Shown one piece after another: positions 1 through 13,542 of a DNA stretch of 64,000 nucleotides (position 1 is its first letter; each line of letters starts with the position of its first letter). The notes under the pieces are model-generated. The model ran no database searches and had not been told where the DNA came from. It worked only from the letters and a program-made list of their open reading frames with translations. Location of the stretch: positions 176,824,001 through 176,888,000 of the forward strand of contig NC_042997.1 of the NCBI RefSeq assembly GCF_006345805.1, read 5' to 3'. The position numbers and the translations under genes were made by a program. Source of the stretch: Octopus sinensis (lineage: Eukaryota).

Positions 1-1271
1 TGGTTGTTAAGCTAGCTAAATGTAGCAACCGAATATTCCTCAAATTATATTTTACTGTGTAAGCCTTTCTCTTTTTCAAAGAGGAAGGGTAGGCGTGGGT
101 TGAGTGAGGTGTGGCTTCTAAATCTAATAAGACAGCGCAGAGTCTGCTTTTGAATCTGCCGTGGCTACCATGAGAACTTACATCTGTAGAGAAACAGATT
201 GAAGAATGGTAAAAGTTACCATGGTTGCACTGTCACACTGTACGTCAGATGATAGGCAAGCCAGTTCGGTCCTATGTTTGGCAGCAATGATCTAGATTTT
301 TGATTGATTACTTATCGGGGAGAAGGAGGTATATATTTACTGATTATTAATTTATTCATTATTCAAACTTCAGCTGAAAAAAGATTGAGGGCTATGCTTG
401 CTACTTTGAATTGTAAATATAAATAAAAATATTGTCAATAAATATAACAATCAACCTGTAAGCTTTCGTTAACCAAAACCTAAAATTTTTATGTTATAAT
501 AAAATAAATAGCGGGTGAATATATATACGTCGCACTTGACACTTGATATTCTTCGGTTCAATAAAGGCTGATTTGTGTCTAAATGACAACATTAAGACCG
601 GTATGGCATTCTAGAAGAGATGTAATATTATGGAAACAAAATATCGATAAGTCAAAGGTATATTAAAACAATTAATCAATAAATTCCACTAGAAAAAAAA
701 TCCGCTGATCAAATTCTTTGTTTTTGGAGATATTATAGAAAAAAAAAATTATCTCAAAACTACAGGAAGCAAAAATCTGAATCTCAAGTGATACTAACTG
801 TACATCAATAATACTATAATTCTCCAGGATTAAATATTATAGATAACATAATACGGCAGAGTATCGTATGGTGCCAGTGATTATTTAATGCTAAATATGA
901 TCTGACGTACATTTGATTCTGCTTGATTTCTTTTGAATTTAACACAAGAGAAATGAAATTAATCTAGCCGACACGAAACAGCCTGTACTGAATCACTCGA
1001 TCTGCTAAAAATTGCAGTAAAAATTTTCATATCACATTCTTTGAAGAACAATAAAAGCAGATGGAATAATGTGGCCTTTTGAAGTGTGCCTGGGAAAAGA
1101 TTGGATTGTCAGAGCTGAAATGTCTTTAAAACTAGATTTGCAAGACCACGACTGACATTGAGGTAAACGGCAAAAGCAATAGTAATCAACGTATAGCTTC
1201 AGATGACACTTGCTGATATGGTGTTTCCGGCAAAAAGAAAATCCCTTTTCTTTTGACAAAATACGGAACTA

Positions 1272-2539
1272 TTGGGTTGTCCGGGAATTTCATGCTGATT
1301 TTTAAGGGAAATTAAAAGACAAAACAAAATTACGCCATCAGATATTTATTCAACTAAATATGAACCATTTTGTTGTACAACCTTTCTCTATCTTTACTTG
1401 AACTTAAAGATTCCGTCTTCCCAAAGTTTCGGTAGTTTCTTGATAAAATTCTCATTAAAGTTGTTTTTATGTCCTCTAAAGACGCAAAATTTTCAGCATT
1501 GAGATTATTTTGCAAGGACCTGAATAAATAAAAATTCGAAGGAGCAATGTCTGGTGAATATGGTGGGTGGGGTAACACATCCTGGCCAAACTTCAACAAT
1601 TTTTGACGGGTCGCCAAAGAAACGTAGAGTCTGGTATTATCCTGATGGAAACCAATACCTTTTCTGTCCGCCAATTCTGGGCGTTTTTCTTGAATTGCCG
1701 CCTTTAAATCGTCCAATTGCGAGCAGTGCTTCTCAGAATTAATTGACTGGTTACTTGGCAGAAGCTCACAGTACAGGGTTCCTTTCCAATCCCACTAGAT
1801 ACAGAGCATGACTTTCTTAGGATGAAGATTTGCTTTTGGTGCGGCTGAAAGTGCTTCATGTTGCTGAACATTGTTGTAAACGTTCCATTTCTCATCATCC
1901 GTCACATTTTGCTTAAAAAAGGGTGCGTTGTTATTGTCTTTATACAGCAAATCACGGATGGAAATGTGATCAAAAGACACTTTTCATTCAGATCATGTGG
2001 TACACCAACATCGTAGTGATTTGAGTAGCCAAGCTTCACTAAGTACTCATGGATGGTGGCTTTTGATAAATTTAGTATTTCCGCCAATTTCTGCGTTGTG
2101 TAATGCGGGTTATTCTCAATCAATGTATTGATTTGGTCGTTATATGAGGTGGGGGGGGGAGTCTGCTTGAGTGTTCTTCATCAATAAGGCTCCAATCATC
2201 AACTCTAAACTTAGCGAATCACTTCCGTACAGTCCTCTCAGCTAAAGCACCATCACCGTACACAACATATATCTTTTTTGTTGCTTGCGAGGCATTTTTG
2301 CCTTCACGGTAATAAAAAAAAAGCATCAAGTGTCTAAAATGCACCTTATAATCTTCCATTTTCCTAGGGATGCAAAATTGACATGAATTAAGTAATATTA
2401 AACTTTCTTTCTCAAGAGATAGTTTGAAGTGCGCGCTAACCGGAAATGTAAGCATATTATGTGTCGATAAATTTGACGTGTTCTAACGTGTTGGAACATG
2501 AACGACTAAAAATCGGCACGAACTTTCCGGACAACCCAA
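1272..2539 (-). mobile_element. Full-length decayed mariner DNA transposon (mellifera-subfamily-like), about 1.27 kb
   Basis: Imperfect ~32-bp TIRs (TTGGGTTGTCCGGGAATTTCATGCTGATTTTT at 1272-1303; the right end to 2539 reads TTGGGTTGTCCGGAAAGTTCGTGCCGATTTTT on minus), TA on both sides, transposase fragments inside. Confidence 0.93.
1354..2359 (-). pseudogene. Frameshifted mariner D,D34D transposase
   Basis: ORF pieces give MEDYKVHFRHLMLFF..GKNASQA (HTH), VPHDLNEK, TDDEKW, LHPKKVMLCI, HQDNTR and HPPYSPDIAPSNF (third catalytic D replaced by N); split over at least 5 fragments. Confidence 0.92.
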
Positions 2540-3589
2540 TAATTTTGTTGATGAAGTGGAATTGTAGTCGATTGGTATGACTTTAGAATATTATTAGTAT
2601 TTATTGTCTATTGAGAAATGGACGGGCAAGTTGGATATAGTACGCCGGAGGTACAAAAATTTATGCATTTATCTAATCTGTTTGTCTTTAGCCAGTGCAT
2701 TTCCATCGCTGTTCTAATTGGAATGATGAAGTGATGTCATTAATCTTGGGTATAATGCGTAGATAGCATGTATGAGACTCATGGGAATACAGAACAGAAT
2801 AACATTAACTTAGAACTGAATCAATAATTTAGGAACTTGTACTTACATATTCACCTATCATGAAAGTGTTATCGTATGATAGTGTCAGTGGAGTAAAAAG
2901 AAAAAAAAAAACTTGAATTTATTGGCAGCTATTGGTCTTCCATAAACATACTATATTCAGACTTGCACTTTGGAGAAATTTCTGGGTGACAGATCATAGT
3001 TTCTCATAGTACAGGTCCATGGAGGCTATCGATCTATTAATTGAGAAAGTAGATGTATATATGTTTTGTACTTTCCCAAATGAGAAGCACAACGGCATCA
3101 TCGAAATATGAACTGAAGAACCGGAGATTTTTTCGTCGTAAGACACGCACCTTGGACACTCGTATAAACACTTGTGATATTATAAGATATGTCACGACGA
3201 GTTATAAATTTTATGTATGTAAAGCAGAAATAAGTTGTAGTTTTAGAAGTCAATGTAACATAAGAAAAGAATTATCATTATAATTAATTATCTCATGGAT
3301 CAATTCCAATATTCGTAGAATTTGAAACTGATTGCATACTACAGATATATTACATTCAGAGTTTGGAAGGAAACTAATTCTATTAGATTGTTCAATTAAG
3401 AATCTGATCTTAAATTAACATTTCAAACAAGAGAATATTTACAGGAAACCTGCAATCAGTTTGACTAAACATGAATTGCAACATATTATATTCCAATATA
3501 GTTGGGGAAATTTAAGATCTTAAGTAATAATTTTGTCGAAGATTTTGCAAGTTTTGTTACATATTCACTCCATTATTTGTTTAGAAAAC

Positions 3590-4118
3590 GGCGGCGGAGT
3601 GGCAGAATTGTTGGAAAATGCATTGCAGTATCTCTTTGGCTCTTTACATTCCGAGTTCAAATCCTGCCGAGGTCAACTTTGCTTTTTTTTCAGGGTCGAT
3701 AAAATAAAGTACCGTTAGGTATAGGAGTCGTGGAGGCGCAATGGCCCAGTGGTTAGAGCAGCGGACTCGCGGTCGGAGGATCGCGGTTTCGATTCCCAGA
3801 CCGGGCGTTGTGTGTGTTTATTGAGCGAAAACACATAAAAAGCTCCACGATGCTCCGGCAGGGGTTGGTGGCGGCCCCTGTTGTACTCTTTCGCAACAAC
3901 TTTCTCTCACTCTCTCTTGCTGTTTCTTGAATAACGCTGCGATGGACTGGCGTCCCATTCAGCTGGGAGGAAACATACGCCACAGAAACCGGGAAACCGG
4001 GCCCATGAGCCTAGCTAGGCTTGAAAAGGGCGAAAAAAAAAGAAAGGTATTGGGGTCGATATTATGGAGTAAACCTTCCCCCTCGAAATTGCTGGCCTTG
4101 TCCCTAAATCAGAAATCA
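3590..4118 (+). mobile_element. SINE family A copy (GGCGGTGAGCTGGCAGAA-type head) interrupted by another SINE
   Basis: 3590-3731 matches the head and body of the copies at 12740 and 45409; the tail (GGGGTCGAT...GAAATTGCTGGCCTTGT) resumes at 4044. Confidence 0.7.
3732..4043 (+). mobile_element. tRNA-derived SINE with V-domain-like core, nested in SINE A
   Basis: A box TGGCCCAGTGG (~3742), B box GGTTTCGATTCCC (~3785), core GCGATGGACTGGCGTCCCATTCAG (~3939-3962), A-rich tail. Confidence 0.7.
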
Positions 4119-4306
4119 TTAATCCTTCTACCATAAAATTCCTAAGTTTTTCCTAAGTTATAGGTTTCCTGTAAATATTCTCTTGTTTGAAATGTTAATT
4201 TAAGATCAGATTGAAAGATGGACATGTTGATATTCTAACAAGACGAATGTTTATAAAAATGAAAAAATATTTAACCAAGTCACATTAAGTTTTCTGTTTA
4301 TTTTTA

Positions 4307-4680
4307 GCCGCAGGACTGGCTGTGGAGTAAGTAGCTTGCTTACCAACCACATGGTTCCGGGTTCAGTCCCACTACGTGGCACCTTGGGCAAGTGTCTTCT
4401 ACTATAGCCCCGGGCCGACCAAAGCTTTGTGAGTGGATTTGGTAAACGGAAATTGAAAGAAGCCCGTCGTATGTATGTATATATATATATATATGTGTAT
4501 GTGTGTGTCTATGCTTGTCCCCTCACCATCTCTTGACAACCGATGCTGGTGTGTTTATGTCCCCGTAACTTAGCAGTTCGGCAAAAAGAGCCCGATAGAA
4601 TAAGTGCTAGGCTTACAAAGAATAAGTACTGGGGTCGATTTGCTCGACTAAAGGCGGTGCTCCAGCATGGCCGCAGTCAA
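4307..4680 (+). mobile_element. SINE family B (GGCGCAGGAGTGGCTGTGTGG head, internal TA/TG microsatellite)
   Basis: Pol III A/B boxes (TGGCTGTGGAG; GGTTCAGTCCC) and near identity to many other copies in the window. Confidence 0.85.
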
Positions 4681-4731
4681 AAAATTATTAAGAGAAACGA
4701 ATACTTAATCCAACGAAAAATGTATTGAAAA

Positions 4732-4993
4732 TAACAGATATGTATGTATAAACGCCCTCGGGCAAGCTGCATGGCACGAATACACACGCTCATACAAGCA
4801 TTAGCAAAAATGTGAGCATACGCTCACGTGAGGTTAGGCGCAGTCATGATTACAGATATCTAACTGGTTTTGTAATCATGAGTGCGCCTAACCTCGCGTG
4901 TGCCTATGCTCACATTTTTGCTAATGCTTGTATGAGCGTGTGTACTCATGCCATGCAGCTTGCCCGAGGGCATTTATGCATACATATCTGTTA
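4732..4993. repeat. 262-bp foldback (about 123-bp arms, about 16-nt loop), MITE- or hairpin-RNA-like
   Basis: TAACAGATATGTATGTATAAACGCCCTCGGGCAAGCTGCATGGC...CATGATTACA is the reverse complement of TGTAATCATG...GGGCATTTATGCATACATATCTGTTA with about 8 mismatches. Confidence 0.9.
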
Positions 4994-4994
4994 C

Positions 4995-5398
4995 TCTCTC
5001 TCTTACTCTCTTGTTTCAGTCATTTGACTGTGGCCATGCTGGAGCACCGCCTTTAATCGAGCAACTCGACCCCGGGACTTATTCTTTGTAAGCCCAGTAC
5101 TTAGTCTATCGGCCTCTTTTTGCCGAACCGCTAAGTGACGGGGACGTAAACACACCAGCATCGGTCGTCAAGCAATGCTAGGGGGACAAACACAGGCACA
5201 CACACACACACATACATACATATATACATATATACGACAGGCTTCTTTCAGTTTCCGTCTTCCAAATCCACTCACAAGGCATTGGTCGGCCCGGGGCTAT
5301 AGCAGAAGACACTTGCCCAAGATGCCGCGCAGTGGGACTGAACCCAGAACCATGTGGTTGGTTAGCAAGCTACTTACCACACAGCCACTCCTGCGCCT
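4995..5398 (-). mobile_element. SINE family B, convergent with the 4307 copy
   Basis: Reverse complement of the family B consensus, ending CCACACAGCCACTCCTGCGCCT. Confidence 0.87.
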
Positions 5399-5807
5399 GT
5401 TAACGGTTATTTTCAATACTTTTCTCGCTGGATTCTCTTTTTGTTTTCTGCAATGTTATTTTTGGATCTTCTATATATATGAAGAATTTTCATCCATCTG
5501 GCTGTTTTTTCTCTCTACAAAACGGAAAGTTGCATTATGGAACAGTCATTTTAACAAGTTCTTTTTTTAAAAATTTATTTATCACCCGACGAGATACGTC
5601 TACAACACCAGATACCCTGAACTAGTTTTGTGTGTTCCACAAGTGGAGTCGATGCTAGATGTATCGAAACAATTGTTGTGATTAATAATATATTCTCGTA
5701 TATGCCATCTTCTTTCTTTCATTTGTTATTTACCTAACGATCACTGTGAAAGTGACCGTGCTTTACCAGTAAGCTACCAGGTGTAAACCATTCGTTTTAT
5801 TATCCAT

Positions 5808-6344
<537 letters not shown>

Positions 6345-7254
6345 GGCGACATACATATCTGTTGAACGTCTATGTAGTCTTTGATTAGAGTTTCTTAACG
6401 ATCGTGCAATCTTCAAATGCCACGTGAATAAAGGATACTTATAAAAAACACACCAGCAAAAAAGATCAATAACAAGCTTAGCAATCACATCCAGCTTTAC
6501 AGATGAGTATATTACATACTCGAGATGTCAATCACAAAACTCCTGTTAGAATTAGACAACACACCCTCACTTGTAACACTCAGTACTATCACTGAACCGG
6601 ATTATCTTTCTTTTAAAAAGAAAGAACTTCATCCTTAAAACAACTATTTCGAGAACACGTGGTTGACGCAAAAATAACAACAATAAATACATTCAACAAA
6701 CTACATACGTTGGGTAGTCTTTACTTTCTTCTGTATTTAAAATTCCGAAAGATTAAATTAACACAAGGCGACGAGCTTGTAGAATCGTTATTGTTGTTGT
6801 CTTTGTGTCAGAATCACATGTTCATGAGCGCGCGTTTATGTGCGCGCGTATGTATGTGTTTCTATATATGTGTACATGCATATAAGTCTGTGTATGTGCA
6901 CTTTTGTGCGAATATACCATTTTACAGTTTATATTCTTTAATAGACTAAGGCTTAGATAACACACTAGAAAGTGACCTGATATTGATTAAACCACTTAAG
7001 GCAGTGATTCTTAATATAGATTCTAATTTTACTCTTGTGGACACTTATAACCATTCGATGTTCAGAAATCCTATTGTATTTTTATCAAATATTATTAGGA
7101 ATTGTATTTAAAAAATTGTTAAAATATTTGGTGTACTGTAGAAATATAAGAAATTTATTGCTCATAAATTTGAACAAAAAATCTTATATGGAACCCCAAG
7201 AGCCAAATGGATCTCGATTGAGAACCATTGACTTGAAGAGTCTCAAAGTAGTTT

Positions 7255-7430
7255 CAACACGGCTGTTAGAAATAACGGCCAAATTTTCTTTAAATCACAC
7301 CCTACTGTCTTAAATGAGGAAGAGCATATTCGTCAATTTAGCCCTAGACATTTGATGCTTGCAAATAAGATGTGAGAGTCACAGCTAGATTGACTTTGAT
7401 AATAAATCTTCTTGATCAAGGCTGAACGTA
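7255..7430 (+). repeat. Interspersed repeat remnant, also present on minus at about 41845-42000
   Basis: CTAGAAATAACGGCCAAATTTTCTTTAAATCACACCCTACTGTCTTAA-like block resembles the reverse complement of 41845-42000. Confidence 0.4.
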
Positions 7431-8724
7431 AAGTAAAGGATTAGTTCTTCGTCGTAGATGCTTTACTGTTTCTAATTTTAAACTTATCTTTCATTTTGCA
7501 ACGATTAAAAGAAATACTTCCTTGTTTACTATAACAGTCTCCAGACAGTCATGCATAGAAACGAATGGTGATAATCGCAGAAGTTAACTTACCACTCGAC
7601 GAAAATAATTCACTAGTCAGTCTTGATCCCTGGTTGGAGCTAATTCATATTAATTATGTTGTTAATAATGCCATGTGCATCATACATTCTCATTTCTCAT
7701 TTCTCTTTAAAACCAGGGAGACTTGTATCTAAGTAAGAAGATGTAAGTCATAACCTTAATATATGCGCATAGATTTTTAGATTTTCTTCAAGCCAGTTGT
7801 AATCTAATTCTGTCATGTCAATAATCATAACTATCGCAGAATGACTAATAATTCATTTCTATTCGATTATCACCAACCCTATGGACATAAAAGCATTGTA
7901 TATCTAAAGAGTCTGGAGACAACGTTTATTCAATTTCTATAAGTACCGAGAAAGTGTATTGTGTATTTTTACTAATCAAACTAATGTTCGTTGTGAGATT
8001 CAAGAATTTCGGAGGCAATACGTCAGAGTGATGAATGAGAGACATGACATATATGCTGAGAGGAAAACAGTTTACCATTAAAAAAAATTTTTATATAGAC
8101 CATCAATTGCTTTCAGGCTATTAGGTTCGACAATCCGTGAGGAGAAACCGAATTCTAATAATTCTATTTATTGAAGACAAATATGCCAACACATATGCGT
8201 ATTGAGTAACTCACGCTTACAATGGCATTTACTTATGTGTAACCTTAACTATAGAGTACATTTCTTTATATCTGCTTTAATCTATTTCTCGGTCTCTCAC
8301 TCACTCTTTATTGTAGTTGTAATAAAAGCGAAAAATTATGACGTTGGAATATTTAAGAGAGAATTTATAACTCATTTTAAAGAGATTTTTGACATTCTTG
8401 GGGCAAACTAAACGAAATTTTGCCCTTTATTGATCAAACAAGAATTATTAGATTCATGGGATTAATTTGATGCTATACAGTGGCAAATATTTTCGGTAAA
8501 ATCTTGAACGTCTGGATAACGTCATTTCTTGTGGGCATCGCGAAACGTCCATTGCTCGAGTTAACCGATAAATGGACTGGAATTGCATTCGAAGAAGCTT
8601 ACATATAGGCGTGTGTAAAGCGTGTAAAATATGCTTAGAAATTCCAATAGACTGATGAATGAAACTATTCGTATCTGCGAGGAATATTGTATACCGCTAT
8701 CCATTGGATATAATATAATATGTA

Positions 8725-9241
8725 CCGTAAATCCTCGAGTATAATCCGCATTTCCCCCCTAAAATTTAAAGGTCAAAATCCCTAGTGCGTACTATATACG
8801 AGGTTAAAAATGAAAAATATTTTCTAAGCAATGTCCAAGTCTCTATTTGCTGTCCGGCAATGTTTATTCAGACGCATGTTGTGATGTCGGGCGCAAAAAT
8901 AGCTTAAGCTAAGCCTGAAAGCAATGAAGTCATATAAGAATCATCCATAACTTGCAGTAAGCAACATTGATTAAGATAAAAGTATTCAGAGCACAGAATA
9001 ACATATAACAAAAACAATTTGCAAACATATTTACATTCCCAAATAACAGTTAAGAACATCACCATTATTGTATTGCGATGCACTGTTTTTGTTCGACTAG
9101 GTGCTGCTGGCTTAATTACGCACGACTCAAGTTAGAGAAGTGGTACGTATTATACACAAGGTTTAGGTTTTTCAGAGGTGCAGCCCCCTAAAAATTCCCT
9201 GCGTATTATACAAAGGGCGGACTATACTTGTGGATTTACGG
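8725..9241. mobile_element. Non-autonomous Tc2/pogo-type DNA transposon (MITE), 517 bp
   Basis: TIRs CCGTAAATCCTCGAGTATAATCCGC / CCGTAAATCCACAAGTATAGTCCGC (reverse complement), TA on the left, subterminal T(G/A)CGTA(C/T)TATA repeats, no ORF. Confidence 0.75.
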
Positions 9242-9484
9242 TGTGTAAGAAATGACATTGAATCATTTTATATTGTAACTATAGTTAATATGTGGACGTG
9301 GTTAGAAAATACTGTTTGATGACGACAATACAAGAAAAAAAGAGGAAATAGTAGAGGAATTTTTAAAAGATGCTTTAATTCGGGAAATGAGACATACTTA
9401 AAATGTTTCATCTCTTCATTACTTTAAACAACACTGTTGTCTATTTTATGGTATGACTGACTCAAACATTCAATATCAGAACTG

Positions 9485-9520
<36 letters not shown>

Positions 9521-9542
9521 GCACGCACACACACGCACACAT

Positions 9543-9600
<58 letters not shown>

Positions 9601-9789
9601 ACGTATATGACGTATTTCATTTCACAGAGAGCGCTACTGGAGATTTTTTTTTTAATATTCTAAACATGTTTTGCATAAAAAAGACTTCTGCAGCTGTTTT
9701 CAACCGCGCTGATCTGTTAAGAAATAATGAATTATATTTAATTATCGCACATTTTTGACGACTGCTCATTTTTTTCTTCACTTCCGATA

Positions 9790-11450
9790 AAGTATTGCTA
9801 TCCTCTAAATGCACGCCAACTACAGACATTATGTTTAGTATGTTTTTTCCAAGCACGTAATCAGACTGTAATCTTTCGGATTAGCAGTTGTAGTGGGAAT
9901 TTTAGTTCTTAATTCCGTCATCCATTCTGATGTTGTTTATAAATCTTGTTGTTATGCTCTAGGTCAACTCTGTTCGAGCCGATCCTCCATCATAAGCTTT
10001 CCAGTTGTGATTATACTGCTAGTTTTTTTTCAAGTAGAGTATATCTCGGATTACGATACATTATGATAGCAACAATGCTCTTCTAAGGGTTAATTGTTCT
10101 GCTATCCTATATTTTATCCGTTTTATAAACTAGAGCATTTTCGTGTTATAGCATCATACATTTTTATATCTTTTCAAATAGTTTTCCGTTCTTATTTTCA
10201 TGTGTATTTGTTATGTATGTTTAGTTTCTTGTAATACAGTTCTATCCTTTAAATATATATTTCTGTCTAAACAACCGTTCATGTTTTTCAATTTCGCTAG
10301 ATTAGTTTGGTTTTATTTTACTTTCTCCTTTATTTCCGAAATGTCTGTTTTACTTATATTTTCTAAATGTTATACAAATTTTTGTTTTCGTTGTTCAATT
10401 CTGTAAATCTTCTCTGCCCGTATCACTAAATATTGACAGTTTCCATATTTTTCTATATTTTCTAATTCAGAGAGAAGTTGATATATTTTCTTAAAGGCGT
10501 ATGTAATCATTTTAACCTGACAACCTCTGCAGTATAGATTATCATGTTTTCTTTTTGATGTTTCTGAACTTTTCTCTAGACACTGATACTGATGTAACTG
10601 GACATATAGTTTTATCAGACATTCATTGATGATGATTATTTTAGAAATAACTTTTTCTTACTCGAACTCTCAAAAATTCGCCTATAGCCTTGTATGTCGC
10701 TATTTTAATATCTTCTGTGTCAGCATTTTACTGCTTCAGGTTCACTGGTTTGTTGGCGAATTGCTTCTCGATTCGATACCAAATAACGAAATAATTACAG
10801 TTGCTGTTTCTACTGCGACTCGCCGCTCCGCTTTCTTTTTCCGTTTTCTTTTTCTAGCTCATCTGGGCAGAAATCCTTCAAGGGGATCTTACTTCAACTC
10901 GTATAGAAATTGGGCTTTCTGCTCTGCATCAACCAGTCTAATTTTCCTCTTTTATCTTTATCACAATGGATTACATCTTTGGAACAATCTTATATTCTTC
11001 AGGAGTTATCAGTTCTTACATTCCCCATATAGATCCCATCCAACGATTTGCTATCTCGAAAACCTCCTTGCTCACCACCAATCCGTACTGTGCTGCAAAA
11101 GTGGGTTAGAGGGTATAGGTTAAGTTACCGCCAATATATCCTTGACCTTGCTATTTGTATTCTGTCTATTCACAGTTTCAGCCTGTGGGGAGGGATTTGT
11201 TGCATCTTTCTCAATTTTAAAGATTAGTCATATACTTCCATATGTTTTACGACGATCAATGGAACAGACATCGTTCTACACATCGGCCAGAGCTTCTTCC
11301 AACTGCTCTTTTGTGGGCATACGAAGACCCTTCTATTTTGGTAAAACTAAGGTATGTTATTTCCCTCTTTGGTTGCTTTTGGTTCTATTCAAAGTTTTCA
11401 TCCGAACTGGGATGTGCTTGATTTAAAATCTTTGTCACTGCCATTAAAGA
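9790..11450 (-). mobile_element. Heavily decayed non-LTR retrotransposon fragment (R4/Dong-like RT N-terminal part)
   Basis: Minus-strand manual translation gives NWKAYDG (cf. NWKAPG) and NPKDYSLITCL (cf. DYRPITCL), with many stops; boundaries approximate. Confidence 0.45.
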
Positions 11451-11976
11451 AGCCCGCTTTCGTTTGGTGAGTTTTAACTTTTGTTTAAACTCCCTGAAGT
11501 GGAGAACTGTCAGATCTTAAATTTTTTTTTGTAAAATTCTGTTTTTACTCGAAAAAATAGGTATGTGTGAAGAGACACTAATGTTTACCATATAGGAATG
11601 TAATGAAGAGAGAATGAAAGAGTGCTTAAATGAAACCGAACTAGAGAGAGACAAAGAGATGCATAGGTCAGATCACTCTCTTATTAGGAACATTGCAGTA
11701 GGTACCATGGAAACAACATACGACGTCAGAAGGGAAACAAACATTCCTGTGTGTCTGTTTCTGATTTTAAAAATAAAATAAAAAGCAATAGCAATAACTG
11801 TAAGAACAACGTTAACGACAATAACGACAACAACAGAATTAGACGAGAATTTCGTTTGTTGCGATAACCAGGTAAATAATCTGAGTCATTCGATCGCCAG
11901 GAAAAAATATGTTAAAAATATAAATTACGCGCCCAAATTTGATGAAAGTTCTAATCACTAAGTTACAAAATGCCCC

Positions 11977-12016
<40 letters not shown>

Positions 12017-12442
12017 TTTTAAACATCGTATATAAGTATATAAACAGAAACGGAAAAAACTACTGTATTCCCTTCATCAACAACACAAGTAAAATAATCC
12101 CTTTTACAGTAGATACAAGGCATGAAATTTGGTGGAAGGGATTAAGTCGATTACATGCCTACAGGAAGTGTGGTCTCATAGTCAAATATTTAACAAGAGG
12201 TAAGCAGTACGAGACATGCTGTAACAGGAGCTAAAATCAGTTAGAAAAGTCGGTGGGGTTGTAGCTCGGCACCTTGAGAGGCAGGTCCATGTCCAACAGA
12301 ATCGTGGATTTCTGGACAGACAGATTGACTGATTTGCTTGGTGTCTGCTATGGTTTTGATCTCCAGGTGGAGAAGAATTGGAACAAGGTGACTTTCAGAG
12401 TAGAGTGGTAAGATCTCTCTTAAAAAAAACAACAAAAAAAAC

Positions 12443-12694
12443 GCCAGGTGAAATACTTAGCGGCATTTCGTCTGAGTTCAAATTCCGCCGAGGTTGACTT
12501 TGCCTTTCATCCTCTTGGGGTCGATAAATAAAGTACCAGTTTTGCACTGGGTCGATATAATCGACTTAATCCCTTTGTCTGTCCTTGTTTGTCCCCTCTA
12601 TGTTTAGCCCCTTGTGGGTAGTAAAGAAATAAATTATTATTATTATTATTATTATTATTAGTATCATCATCATCATCATCATCATTATTATTAA

Positions 12695-12739
<45 letters not shown>

Positions 12740-13542
12740 GGCGGTGAGCTGACAGAAACGTTAGCACGCCGTGTGAAATGCTTAGCGGTATTTCGTCTTC
12801 GTTACGTTCTGAGTTCAAATTCCGCCGAGGTTGACTTTGCCTTTCATCCTTTCGGGGTCGATTAAATAAGTACCAATTACGCACTGGGGTCAACTTAATC
12901 CGTTTGTCTGTCCTTGTTTGTCCTTTCTGTGTTTAGCCCCTTGTGAGCAGTAAAGAAATAGGTATTTCGTCTGTCGCTACGTTTGAATTCAAATTCCGCC
13001 GAGGTCGCCTTTGCCTTTCATCCTTGCGGGATCGATAAATTAAGTACCAGTTGCGTACTAGGGTCGGGTCGATGTAATCGACTGGTTCCTCCCCCAAAAT
13101 TTCAGGCCTTGTGTCAATAGTAGAAAGGATTACTATTATTAGGACGGCGAAATGGTAGAATCGCTTGCATGCCGGACAAAATATTCAGCGGAATTTTTTC
13201 GGGCTTTACGTTTTGAGTTCAAATTTCACCGATGTCGACTTTGCTTTTTAACCTTTCGGCTTCGATAAAATAAATAGCAGTTGAGCACTGGGGTCGATCT
13301 AATCAACTGGTTTCCCGCCTCCAAATATCAAACCTTGTGCGTTTAAGTAGAAAGGATTATTATTATTATTATTTTAATGTTTATAACATCCTAGCTGACG
13401 AGGTCGACTTTGCCTTTCATCCTTTCGGAGTCGATAAATAAAGTACCAGTTACGCACTGGGGTCGATGTAATCGACTTAATCCCTTTGTCTATCCTTGTT
13501 TGTCCCCCCTATGTTTAGCCCCTTGTGGGCAATAAAGAAATA
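12443..13542 (+). mobile_element. Cluster of about 5 tandem or partial SINE family A copies
   Basis: Repeated GAGTTCAAATTCCGCCGAGG...GCCTTTCATCC...GGGGTCGAT blocks at ~12475, 12810, 12990, 13215 and 13399. The last copy (13399-13542) has a 17-bp TSD TATAACATCCTAGCTGA (13382-13398, 13543-13559). Confidence 0.87.

Noticed and set aside
3732-3805. tRNA genes (this and other A/B-box heads)
   Set aside because: No complete cloverleaf; each continues into a SINE body.
9453-9758. HT-, VC-, LS- and poly-N/Y/L/S ORFs throughout the window
   Set aside because: Products of (CA)n, (TCTA)n, (ATT)n and (CTT)n microsatellites.
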